Part shown: piece after piece, positions 37,456 to 49,951 of the stretch
How positions within the stretch are numbered: position 1 is the stretch's first letter
How the letters are laid out: every line of letters starts with the position of its first letter
The notes under the pieces: generated by a model
Database searches by the model: none
The model's input: the letters and a program-made list of their open reading frames with translations, nothing else
What the model was told of the DNA's origin: nothing
NCBI GenBank assembly: GCA_032718475.1
Contig: JAUCBJ010000998.1
Span: 1 to 64,000, forward strand
From: Nemertoderma westbladi
Lineage: Eukaryota; Animalia; Xenacoelomorpha
Length of the DNA: 64,000 bases
Direction of reading: 5' to 3'
Made by a program: the position numbers and the translations under genes

Positions 37456-38664
37456 TGTAAAAGCTTCTGTGGGATATAACTGGCCCTTTTGCTTTGCAAT
37501 CCAGTTTCCCCCCAGGCGCTGGAATACTCTAAAAGGCTCTCTAACTCGAATGATACAAGCGACCGGCTGATTGGCTGATTTGCTGTACGAGGGGCTCTTT
37601 GCTATGTTCTATCGGCCAACCAGAGCTATAGCAGCAGAGTATGCAACCAGGACAACCGAGCGGAGTGACTCATTTTGTGTGCTGGCCAAGGGATGCCAAA
37701 ATCCTGATAGTTCGGCATTTAGACATTCGTGGAACCTGTGGATTCTGGTGTTCTGCCAATGAGAGCTATTCCTCTCTGTGTAAAAGATACCTGCAACAGG
37801 GACAGTGTTGACAGTCTGTGTTGTTGTTCCTCCTACGCCAGAACATCGGCTTTTGGAATGACTCGGTGTTTCAGACTTTTAGTAAAACATTAGTAGGCTT
37901 AGATTATAGAACGTATAACTGTTATCGACTCACAGTTCAGCAATTATATCATATCTTAACCTACCGTCTTAATGCTATTTACTGTTGTGTTTATCGGTTG
38001 GTTGAATATTATTATTTGGAGAACATCGATAAAGAACCCAAATTTCCCAATTTTCTTGATACACTACAGGTTAGAGAGACAGGCTATATATAACAATTGC
38101 GACTTATGTTATCGTGGTTTGTAGTGAACCTAATGCTATTTGATAGGCACTACATTGGTCAATTGCTGTTCTCTTTATGTGTGATCAAATTCATTGACGG
38201 TCGGCAGATTAGTGTGCAGTATTGTGCGATACCGGTAGTGTGCATGATTGTGACTTGATAACTAAGCATTTCCTAAAGAATGCGCCTTATACGTGAATCA
38301 TAAGCCTTACAGTCTTACCGTTGCGTGTAGTATAAGTCATAGCTCTGTTTACTTAGGTAGAGCGCCACGTCCTAAAGGAACTGTTAATATTTCCCGAAAG
38401 TGAATAATATTTGTCAGAAATTACTTATTAGCGATCAATCGAATAATACAGTAGGCTTCACTGCAACAATAAAATCTAAGCTCCATCCGAATCCAGTCTC
38501 CCGGGAATATCCAGCGGGTGAATGGACGCGCACTAGGCTGGCTTCGGCTAATGTTGTGTTTATTGGTATTAAATATTTGTCATTTACTAAAAGTCTATTT
38601 ATAAACCAAAAGACATATAAATTTTAGCAGGTTAAACTGCTAAAGGTCTTCAAAAGCGCGTACA
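37456..38664 (+). repeat. BEL 3' LTR
   Basis: As above; preceded by purine-rich GGGAGCGG. Confidence 0.95.
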
Positions 38665-39609
38665 CCCCCCCCCCCCCCCCCTCCCATAAATATGGCCCTG
38701 TCTATAATTAGAGGTTTACTTTGGCCCCTTTGCCCGGTATACCCACACCCGGATGCATTGCGAATAATTGTGTTTACAATGTAATAGAGAATTAAACATT
38801 AGTAAAACATTAAAGTTAAACATTAGCGAAATATACGCGACATTAAAATAAATTTATAAAATTGGTTGGTTATATTATATGGTTATATTTTAATGTAAAA
38901 TAACGTTAATATGTTAAAGGTCATACATACTTAATAAATGTAATAAAAAATATATAAATCTTCAGATTAATAATTTAGAATATAAATTTTTAAATATTTT
39001 TTAAATTTAAAAATAAATTGAGTCACTGAGTCTGCAACTTAATTCTCACTGTCTACTGGAGTTAATTACACACAAACAAATCAAGTTTAGGGAATGTTAT
39101 AACAGCAGGAGACCATCAAACCCGTAGGCAGAGTATAACAGAAGCGAGTGGGCCATTAAACACAGACAGCTTGTTGTAATGCTACACAGTGCGCAGTGGG
39201 TGGTTACGCGAGTTTGAGTTGGGTTTGAGTAAACCAGACAGGTTTGAGTTAGTAAGAGAAAAGGTACCCAGTTTGAGAAACGGTATCTAGAATGAGATGG
39301 GGACTGCATTACATAATAATACCTATAATTAAAACAATTAATTATTATAATTCTATGGTTAATAAAAACAGTATATCATTCGGGGGATGGAATTTATAGG
39401 TCATCTAATTAATTGTTTAAAGATTAGCAAACAATACGATGTAATTGCATAGATAAAACCCATAAATAAAACTTTGATATAAAATTTAAAATCGGGATGC
39501 AAAAGATCACTTTCTGAGCTACGAAATGAAAATTGGATACAACTTATCTGGATACAAGCGGTTAGTTTACCTTACAAAAAGAAAAATACGAATGTGCGAA
39601 GTTAATAAC

Positions 39610-39750
39610 AGTCGGGGGGGAAGTGTCCGGGGGGGGGAGTGTCTGGGAGAAGTGTCCGGGGGGGAAGTGTCCTCTGGAGCGGGGGGGGGGGGGGGGAACT
39701 GTCCGGGTGGGGGGGGGGGAAGTGTCCGGGGGGGAAGTGTCGAACACCAT
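39610..39750 (+). repeat. G-rich (Gn-AAGTGTCC) tandem repeat
   Basis: Six or more G-run/AGTGTCC units. Confidence 0.8.
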
Positions 39751-40228
39751 CTTTCAGCAATTACCAGTGAGTGAGCATTGTCGTATACAAAAAAATCTAC
39801 CTAAAAAATCCTCAAACCCAAATTGACAGCCATAAAAAAAGTTCACGGGGGTAATTGTAATACAAAACAATGGTAATTTGAAATGTGCCCCCTGGGGAAC
39901 GAAAAATATAAGTAGTGCCAATAAAATGATGAAAAATCAACCTGTTTTTATGACCTTATGGGTTGTCTAGGTTGCTGATTCAGAGGGAGGGGTAGGGGGT
40001 GTGGGATAGGAGGTGTCTTGTGTTTAGGTGTGTTTAGGTCCGGCATAACCCCCCCCCCCCCCCCCCCCCACCCCCACAATTTTTTTTTTTACAAATCTTA
40101 ATGAGATTGTATGAAATTTGAAACATGGATAGTTTCACCTCCCTCTTCCTTACTACAGTAAATGAGTCAGAAGTTTTACTTTCGATTTCATTCTTTAGCT
40201 ACTAGCGTTTGAAAAATGTGTTTAAAAG

Positions 40229-41338
40229 TGTAAAAGCTTTTGCGGACATAACAAGTCATTTTTACGCAATGCGCAGAATACTCTAAAATAGCCCTAAATT
40301 TATCCAACTACGCGACGGGAAGGAATTAGAACCAAGATGACGAAATCTGTCAGCTGATTCTTTGTGGACGTGGAAGTTCTTTGTTCTGTCTTATTCAGCC
40401 AATCAGAGCAATTTTCACTTTACGGTTAATAGAAACCTATGGAAACTCGCGCAATGCATTATGGTCTTTGTTTACTATTTTCCTGAGAATCAGAACCAAC
40501 TCAGGATTTTGTGCTTCTGAACGAAAGTTTCAGACTTTGGCCTAGGAACATCAGATGGCCTTGGTTATAAGAACGTAAATCTATTAACTCGGCATTTCTC
40601 ATTTTTCACATTTCATAACTGCATAAGTAACACATACTGACTGTTCACCGCACTATTTTACTTCTGTTTATGGTATTAATTGTTGTTATATTAATGGATA
40701 TTGATGTTATATTTGGAGAATATCGATAAATAATTATAAACCCCTCAATCTTATTGATTACTGAGGTAAGAGGAATAGAGTCTACCGGTAGCAACTGCGA
40801 CTTAAATTATAGTGGTTTTGTGTGAATCAAAGGCTATTTCATAATCCCTACTTGTGTCAGTTGCAATCCTCCTTATATATGATCAAATTCAGTGACGAAT
40901 GCAGATTAGTGCGAACTAGTGTAAAGTCGTGTGAAGTCGTGTGAAGTAGTGTGAAGGTTAATAAAGCATCTCCTAAAGAATGCGCTTTTTACGAAACTCT
41001 GTGGCCATCTAGTTGTGATTAGTATAAGTCATAACTCTGTTTTATACTTAAAGCGTTACGTCCTAAAGGAACTGTTAATATTTCCCCGAAAGTAAATATA
41101 GTTGTCAGAGATTATATAGTAGCGATCAATCGAATAATACAGTAGGTCTACACTGCAATAACTCCCAAGGAATCCGAATCCAGTCTCCCACACCGTGGGT
41201 CCTACGCCGCGCACGGACTGGCTTCGGCTGATGTAACTTCAGTACACTAGGTAATTGATATAGGCTAAAGTCGATTTATAAACAAGAGGACAACTAAAAT
41301 TGGCAGGTTAAACTGCTAAAGGTCTAAAAGCGCGAACA
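40229..41338 (+). mobile_element. Solo LTR of a family related to the BEL element
   Basis: TGTAAAAGCTT...GCGCGAACA, colinear blocks shared with the BEL LTRs, TSD AAAAG (40224-40228 and 41339-41343). Confidence 0.88.
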
Positions 41339-42379
41339 AAAAGATATAAATAAGCGCTATACAACTGTAGGAAGGACAACTCTATGTTTCTTCTACTCTA
41401 CACCATGTCCTGGAATATAGTGTCGTTATTCAGGTACATGACCCCCCCCCCCCCAAATTTTTCTACAAATCTTAATGAGATTGCATGAAATTTGAAACAG
41501 ATATAGTTTCACCACCCTCCTCCTCCGTGGGTGAGCCAGAATTTTTATTTTTGACTTCAGTCTTTATCTACAAATTATCAAAATATTCCGTTTGAAAAAT
41601 GTATCTCCGGCGATATTTCAGAGGTCACAGTGCAATCATTCTTCAACATTGTTGTGATTTGATGGTACCAATAGAAAGCTGCCCTTACAAGGATTCCAAA
41701 TATGTAAAAACATTTGAATTTGGTAGGGAAATAGCTGAGATATGGGCATTCGAATGTTGCATGTTTTTGCTTCCCATGCAGGCCATTTATTCTATTTAAT
41801 AAATACACAATGTTCTAGAACATTTTGTTTATTCCATACGTAGCCGGGCAACAATGCAATACTTCTTTAACTATACTATTACGTAGCTATTCATAAATAA
41901 ACAAAATGTTCTAGAATATGGTAGGCCCCCTAGTGCTTTTGCTTTCCATGCCACTGCTACTATATCCACGTTATACCATCGAGTGGTCCAACCGCTTTTT
42001 AGAAATGCTTGAGATGTTGCTGCTAATATTTGTATAATTATTGAGTGGGATTTCTTATGTCCATTTGTCCGATTGAAAGGAACGTTATTGATGGAGATGA
42101 AGGTATCAGCTGAACATTAATATTTAGGAACATAGGTTCTTAAGATTTAGTAAACATTCCCTCAATTGGTAACAATATCGTTTATTGTTATGGTTAGAAA
42201 AGTCCCCCACTGCAACCTGTTCCTTTCCCTCCTTAGGTAACAATATATTTTATTGTTTTTATTGTATCTAGGGTGCAACTACCACCCCCCCCCCCCCCCA
42301 CCCCCGACCATTGGAACTGGAACTACTGTATAAAAGTTAATTCTCACCACCCCGAATCGTGTTCTTTTAGGTATTGGGT

Positions 42380-42793
42380 GTTGAGTGTCGGTCTGTCTCT
42401 TTTAATATAGAATTTCTCCGCTAATTTACGTTCTGTCCAGTCCAGTCTTTACATATGCGTTTAATTTGTACTGTAAATGGGTTGGTGTGATTAGTATTCC
42501 CCGGGTGTATATCTAAGTAGTGCTCCCCTATAGCTTCCTTTCTATTCCCTTGCCTCACGGAGTTCTTATGTCTGTTTATCCTTTCGCGGAGGGGCCCTAC
42601 CGTTTCTCCAATATATTTATCTACGTGTTGGGTGCAAACCGTGCACCTAATCTCATAGACAGCGTTCCTCACTGTACACTTTGTTACACCGTTGTTACAC
42701 GTGTAACAGATAGTTCCGGCAGTAGACGGACACCTCTCGGGTTGAAGGCTGGATCTGATTAGAAGCTGGCGGAGTTTAGTGCCAGGTGTACAA
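42380..42793 (-). mobile_element. Penelope-like element 2, GIY-YIG portion
   Basis: NAVYEIRC..C...YIGET..PLRERINRH...AIGEH in ORF 42421-42672. Confidence 0.88.
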
Positions 42794-44209
42794 TAGGGCG
42801 GTGCGTTTTTTACTTTTTTTCGATTTCATTGTTCTACCGGTGCACAAAAGTTGCCAAATGGTAAAAAAATAAGGCAAAAAAAATTTCTTTGAATTTCGTC
42901 TATATCTTCACGGATCCCAAGAGGGTTGAAATTTTGAGCCATCGCGGTGCACCATAATGAAATTTATAACAATATAACACATTGATGAAAGATCAATGAC
43001 TCAAAAAAGAACTTCCTGCATGCATCAAATGTCATCAAATGGGTCCAAACTTAGTTAGATACCAAAATTTTAATTTTTGGATCAAGGGAACTAGTGCCAC
43101 AAGCACGTGGCCAGAATCTACCATTTGGCGCAAGTGATGATTATTCTCAATTTTCGCGATGGCCAACTTTGAGTTCTCCTACTGCATTCATATTATGCTC
43201 ATTAGAACTGCAATGGCCGATTTAGTGGGGGTAGACACCTTCAAAACAAACGTAGAGCGAATAGTTCTTGAGATATCGCAGAAAATGAGAAAATGTGAAG
43301 TCCGGCACAAGTCTACATTACCGCCTTGATGTGATATGGACAAATACACTAAAAATGATATTTTGAATTATCTAAAGGAATCACGAATAGACACATTACA
43401 GAAATGATCGATATAGTGGGTGAAGGCATCTTCAAAATAAGAATAGAGTCATTAGTTCTTGAGTTAATTTACAAAATGTCAAGATGTCCACTGTCAATTA
43501 ATACTTGATATTGAGTTGACCAATTCCACACATTTTGTACAAAAACTATAGTGAATTAATCACTACTCTTTAATTTTGAAGTTGTCTGTATACACTAAAT
43601 CAATTTGTTGCAGTGATGTGTATATTTTTGATGCCTTAAGATAATTAGAAGTAACATTTTTGTGTATTTGTCTATAAATCATCAAGGCGGTAATGTTGAC
43701 TTGTGCCGTACTTTACATTTTCTGCAATATCTCAAGATCTATTCGCTCTATGCTTGTTTTGATGGTGTCTACCCCCACTAAATCGGTCATTGCGGTTCTA
43801 ATGAGCATAATATTAATGCCGTAGGAGAACTAAAAGTTGTCCATCACCGAAATTGAGAATAATCATCACTTGCGCCAAAGAGTAAGTTCTGGTCATGTGT
43901 CTGTGGCACTACTTCCCTTGATCCAAAAATTAAAATTTTGGTATCTAACTAAGTTTGGACACATTTGATGACATTTGATGCATGCAGGAAGTTCTTTCTT
44001 GGGTCATTGATCTTTCATTAATGTGTTATATTGTTATAAATTTCATTATGGTGCATCGCGATGGCACAAAATTTCAACCCTCTTGGGATCCGTGAAGATA
44101 TAGACGAAATTGAAAGAAATTTTTTTTGCCTTATTTTTTTACAATTTGGCAACTTTTGTGCACCGGTAGAACAATGAAATCGAAAAAAAGTAAAAAACGC
44201 ACCGCCCTA
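42794..44209. mobile_element. hAT-like non-autonomous foldback transposon
   Basis: 8-bp TSD GTGTACAA (42786-42793 and 44210-44217); TAGGG...CCCTA termini; inverted symmetry over nearly the whole length. Confidence 0.9.
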
Positions 44210-44529
44210 GTGTACAAGCCAACCTTGCCGAGCTTCCTATTGGGGAGTTCCTAATGGCGCGTTCCACACCCCGTTTCAATCCTTCGTTATAAAATGGTAA
44301 AACTAATGGAACTTTATTATCCAGGGTTCTAGAAGTGGTATTCCGGTTATTATGTACTCTACCCATTTCTTCATTACGTATAAGTGCTATAATTATATGT
44401 GGGGGGTAGTCGTTACTGAGCATATTGTATATTTTATCCAAACTGCGCCCTTTGACTTCTACTGTAGAGCTATTTACTGTATAGCTCGTTTAACTGCGGA
44501 ACGTGCGGTGGCTGTAATAATGGTACGTG
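44210..44529 (-). mobile_element. Penelope-like element 2, middle fragment
   Basis: RSAVKRAI...NDYP...LVLPFY; continues across the Maverick into 60590 onwards. Confidence 0.75.
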
Positions 44530-45627
44530 AGTAGTAATGGTTTGCCCATTTCGGCGACAGTTAGACCAACTTCGCACCTTGGGTGTTAAGTAGGTCATTA
44601 ATTAATTAAACAATTAATTAATTGGTCGATTAAACAATTAATTAATTGTTTAATCAATCGATTTGTATCAAATAATGTTGCCAAAGGCAATTTAATTTGA
44701 TACAAATCAATCAGATAGGGATGCGCAATGAATAAATTGTACTACAGCAAATGAAATATACAATACAATAGGAACCGTACAATACAATATACAGTACATT
44801 TGTATTATTTTTGTCATACAGTAGGTAAAGGTAGAATTAAATATAAAGAAGCGAACGGGGCCCAAAACATAAATTACCCTCACACGAAAATAAAGTGGGC
44901 CAGCTTGGTCCTAGCTCAACCCCTCAATAATCTGCGGTCGTTGAGCTCTTATTAGCCATAGCAAGATTAATCCCCTTGAATCCTATACTGTACGTCAACG
45001 CGTGAATGGGGCCTGCCACAGAGTTTAAATTATTCAAACCTATAGCTTCGTTATTACATCAATTCGTCCGAGAAATTATAATAAACATCTGCTCTTGCAA
45101 TAGATTGCATTCTTTCGCATTGTGTTGCGAAGCACTCCACGCGCATATTAGCTCAACAACAAAGCCAGTGCCCAAACGCCATGTGTCAAATTAATTCCCA
45201 ACCATATCTACAGTAGATACTGCTGTTTTTTGTTTGAAGTAATTTCAGATGCTCTAGTATAACATTAATTAACATACCCACAGCCCACAGCAGCAGCTCA
45301 TTCATTACATGCACTTTTCTCCAGCGTACCCCCCGCTTCTCAATTCACCCCATTTCCCATCCTAACTAATGTTTTACTTTTAATTAACCCAATGAAATGT
45401 GTTTATTATTCCCTCAATCCAATAGCGCGTCACTCTCTCTCTCTCTCTTTTTTATTTCTATTGGTTCCCACAAGCTTCACTTTTATTTTCATTGGTTACC
45501 CTTTCCCTTATAAACCCCCATCCAACGCTTTAAACTTTACTTACAAAAATATTATTGACAATTTTACTTTTTATTTAAAGTTATAATACATTTATTGTTA
45601 TTCATAATATTATATTTTCTTCAAGAT
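44530..45627 (+). repeat. Maverick left TIR
   Basis: Reverse complement of 59498-60589 with few mismatches; internal AT-rich hairpins at about 44598-44710. Confidence 0.96.
45385..45545 (+). promoter_or_regulatory. Putative inward-facing promoter in the TIR (CCAAT boxes plus TATAAA); mirrored at about 59580-59735
   Basis: CCAAT/ATTGG at about 45389, 45419, 45460 and 45491; TATAAA at 45509-45514. Confidence 0.55.
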
Positions 45628-45764
45628 TTTTATACGTAATACATTTATTATTATAAATAATATATTGTTGCAAACATTTATAACATCAATGTGATTTGAT
45701 ATTCCTTCTTATTATTCCCAATCGAGCAATTTTCTTTTTTCCAATACCACAAATCAATCTGCAG

Positions 45765-45889
45765 GTAAGAACAATAAATTTGTATTTTTATGAATTCGTT
45801 TAGTTTTAACATTATTGCCTCAAAATAAATATCAACCCCGCGAAACCTTCCCAAACTTATTATTATTATTTAGTTTTTTTATTTTATAG
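45765..45889 (+). other. Putative 5'-UTR intron before pPolB
   Basis: CAG|GTAAGA donor and TTTTTTTATTTTATAG| acceptor, with ATG 45895 just downstream. Confidence 0.55.
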
Positions 45890-45894
45890 CAAAC

Positions 45895-48800
45895 ATGCCT
45901 ATGTCATCAAAATTCGTTGACTGTCCTGTCTGCAATAAGAACATAGTCTCAACAAACATCTCGGAACTCATTTTAAACAATATTCATGCGATTGTTGTGG
46001 CACCTGGTCCTCCGATAAGAAAACCATGGTTAGCCATCTAGCGCTATGTATGCAAGGTGGGACTGGGTTTAGATTTATCAACGAAGAAAACACTTGCAAG
46101 TGTGGTGAATCATTCACTTTATCAGCCTTTAAAGAACACGATTGCTATACGCGACTCTTCTCTCGGAAACGCAAACAATCTCAAACGCCCTTGTCACCAC
46201 CACCACCACCTCCACCACCAAACATTCAATCTCCAAGGGTTGGCCCTTCTACTTCAAGACAACAGACTGGAGGTTCGACCAACAACCCATTTTTACCATC
46301 CGTGAATAGCTCATCCCACAACTGCTTATTTACATATACAAACACGTTACTTACACCACAATTAGATGTAGAGTTAACACTTAGAGAAAATGAAAGTAAT
46401 ATTTGGGAAAGAGTGAGTCAACATTTTAATAATGAATTTAATTTTATAAAAGTTTGGTTAACTATTTCTATCTTAATGGAAAGGGAGACATCTGAGGGTA
46501 CTCAATTAGAAACCTTTAGTTTCAAATCAAACGCTTCAAATAATCAAATAACTTCTAATTCAGATTTTGAAAACTGGTTTTCGCAAACTATCGAACGAAT
46601 AGATGAATTAATAGCAGTCTTTGTTTGCATGGGCAGTGGTTGGAATATTGTTTCAATCAAAGAAATCAATTTACAAATTTCTACCTTCAACCGCAACCCC
46701 TATTTAAAAGGACACGGTGGTGGTGGTTATATTCCTAAAATTTTAGCAAAGAAGCGGTGCATTATTAACTTAGATTGTCCCATCGGGGAATGTTTTAAGT
46801 ACGCAGTAGTCGCTGCCGCTTGTTATAAAAAAAATTGAAAGAAAGAAACAAAACATTAGTCGATTGTCAACATATACTCCATACATGTCCATGTTTGATT
46901 TCAGTACGGTGAGTTTCCCAGTAGATAGAGTAGTAGGCATCCCACGTTTTTTAGAAAGCAACCCTTTGTACTGCATTAATTTATTATTTTGGAGTACTGA
47001 TAACATATTGAGCATTCTATCACAACCAGATTCAGAACATTGCTTCCAAAAAACTGTTTTAAATTTAATGTTTATAGAAGGTAATCAAAACAATCCAGGA
47101 CATTACTGCGCAATTGTCAACTTAAATAGACTTATTAATAAAACAGGACAAAAGAACAAATCAATTTGTGAGCGGTGTCTGAGAGCTTTTTATACTATTA
47201 ACTCATTGCAATCTCATCGGGAACTATGTTACACGAGCAAACGACAATTGGAACAAATGCCTACACCTGACAAATTAAAAATTAAATTTAATCGATTAGA
47301 TAAAACATTATCCCCTCCCTTTTGCATATATGCCGATATTGAAAGCGTTTTAGAACCTACATCAAACCCTAAATTAGTTCAAAAGCACATTGCTAGCGCC
47401 GCCGCATTTTATACAGTACCCAATCGCGAGCTAATAAATCCCCCACAAACATCATTACAAATGTTTAGAGACACTGGAACAAACCATGTTATAGACGATT
47501 TTCTCACTGCTCTCGAATCACACTGTAGGGAATTATACGAGTGGACTATTTCTGGTACAAACACCAATGTTCCTAAACATTTGACTCGAGCACAGCAACA
47601 AAATTTTGATAATGCTACAAACTGTTACACTTGTAACTGTTCTCTAACCCCTGATTCACATGGACTGAATCTAGCAGAAAATCTCAATACTAAAGTTTGT
47701 GACCACAACCATCTAACGGGAGCCTATCGTGGGGCAGCATGTGTTAGTTGTAACCGCAAACTTTCTCTTAAACGCAATAAATTTTATGTAGTGCTACACA
47801 ACCTGAGGCATTACGATTCCCATTTAATCTTAAAAGAAGGTCTGAAAAACAGTTCATGAACTCATTGGAAGATAAATGTAATTCCAAAAAACACTGAGAC
47901 TTATATCAATATAGAAATATCATTTCCCATAGACAAAACCATGCAGACAGCAAATGCAAAAGAAAGTATTGTCATCAATCTTCTAGACTCTCTACAGTTC
48001 ATGACAGCTAGTCTAGATAAGCTCAGTAGTTATCTTACTGCAAACAATTCTGATCTAACAAAAGCTATCCCACACACTTTGAAACAAATGAAAAATCTTT
48101 ATCCCAATATTAGCAATTCCACTATTAAAAACAAAGGTATATTTCCTTATAGCTATATACAATCCATAACAAACTTATACGAAACTCAATTACCACCAAT
48201 CGAGAGTTTCTATAATGATTTACAGCTTGAAGACTGTAGCGAGCATAACTATCAGCGTGCCCAAACTAGTTGGGTTGAGCTTCAATGTCAAAACATATTT
48301 GATTATATGATGGGATACTTGGCTCTAGATGTTACACTTCTCGCGGATACTTTCCAACAGTTTAGGGAACTATGTTTCTCCAATTATGGGTTAGATCCTC
48401 TGCATTATTATACTTCACCGGGGTTAACGTACGATTGAAATTACGCATTGAAATTTACCAACAGTGAAATTGAACTACTATCTGATGGAACTATTTACGC
48501 AGATTTTGAAAATAATATTCGCGGAGGGCTTGTATTTCTGAATACACACTTAGAGGAAACTAATATACCTGGCAAACCAGAATACAACCCATGTAAACCA
48601 GAAAAATACCTAATTCCTCTCGATGCGAATAACCTGTATGGTTCTGCTCTCTCTCAGAAGCTCCCCTGCAGTAATATGAAAATCGTCGATACACCAATAG
48701 ATCTGGCTACAGTTGATGCCACTGGGTCAGTAGGATATTACTGCATCGTTGACCTCGAATACCCCCGAGAGATCCACGACAAAACTGCCGACCTACCACT

Positions 48801-49950
48801 AGGAGCGGAAAAAATGTCCATTCCCAAGAGCTTCCGCAGTACATACTTGCAAGACCTCTGGCAACATTATAATCTCAATGATCAAGGGACCTATAAGCAA
48901 TATAATGAGAAATATAGTAAACTGATTCTTCATCAATTCAAAAAAAAAAATTATGGTATTCATATAAAATTACTCCAATTATACTTAAAATTAGGACTTC
49001 AAATAACACAGGTGCATAAAGTATACTCATTCACTCAAAAATACATATTCAGAGACTATATCTCGTTTAATACATCCAAACGACAATCCGCTAAAAATGC
49101 ATTCGAAGTTTTATTTTATAAACTACTCAACAACTCACTCTATGGGAAAAGTCTTCAGAAGGTGCGAGACCGGCTATCATTCCGACTCTGTACATCTCCA
49201 GAACTGTGTGATCTGCTATTATCAAAACCAAATCATGAGCGCTTCATCTCATTCTCCCCCTATCTCAGTGGTCACACTTTTACTAAAGAAGTAGCAGTAC
49301 TCAATCAAGCTGTATTTATTGGAGCAACCATCTTAGATCTTTCAAAGCTAGAGATGTATGATTACTATTACTGTAAACTGAAACCTCTCGAAGAAAAGCT
49401 GAGATGTGAAATTCGAGCCTTAGCTGGGGACACGGACAGTTTCTTTCTTTCGGTTACCGGTGTTGAGCACAAAATATTCCTAGAAGCCATGTTTAACTCT
49501 GGCTTTCTAGACACTTCAAATTACGACCCCTCACACCCACTCTTTACAAATCAAAACAAGGCTTCCTTAGGTTTTTTGAAAGATGAAAGTAGAGGTCTAT
49601 TATACAAATCATTTGTATTTTTGAAACCGAAAATGTATTCATTCGAGGCATATGACGCGCAACCAAAGCGGACTTGCAAAGGAATTTCAAAAAATATTGT
49701 AGCCAAGCAATTAACACATAAACACTATTTAGACTGTTTTATCAACGAATCAACAGATTACACAAACAACACAATATTTACTTCTAGGGAGCATCAAATG
49801 TTTACAGGGAGAATAAAAAAAAAAACATTAAGTCTCTGGGATACAAAATCATTCTGGATGACGAAATATTACAGTAATGGCCACTATATTACAGGATTAA
49901 CTAAACCAACAAAAAAAACTGTAATACCACCTTATTTAGTTGCAGAATAA
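45895..49950 (+). pseudogene. polB: Protein-primed family B DNA polymerase with N-terminal zinc fingers and an inserted endonuclease VII-like domain; 2 frameshifts and 2 stops
   Basis: YADIES, DHNHLTGAYRGAAC..CN, HNLRHYD, KGIFPY, YLALDV, IRGG, DANNLYG, KLLNNSLYGK, GDTDS, KMY, CKGI; frameshifts at about 45962 and 46830; TGA at 47857 and 48436. Confidence 0.95.
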
Positions 49951-49951
49951 A

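Larger units (their letters stand above)
22107..38664 (+). mobile_element. BEL/Pao LTR retrotransposon, defective
   Basis: LTRs of about 1.2 kb with TG...CA termini, inserted in poly-C; BEL-type gag, RT, RNase H and integrase. Confidence 0.96.
21516..39306. mobile_element. Copy 2 of the 14155-15416 DNA transposon, split by the BEL element
   Basis: 21516-22106 matches the left half and 38665-39306 the right half of copy 1; the break lies in the internal poly-C tract; the first few bases of the left TIR are missing. Confidence 0.9.

Noticed and set aside
45006-45586. Short ORFs inside the Maverick TIRs (also 59539-59727)
   Set aside because: Low complexity, overlap the promoter motifs, and are duplicated only because they lie in the TIR
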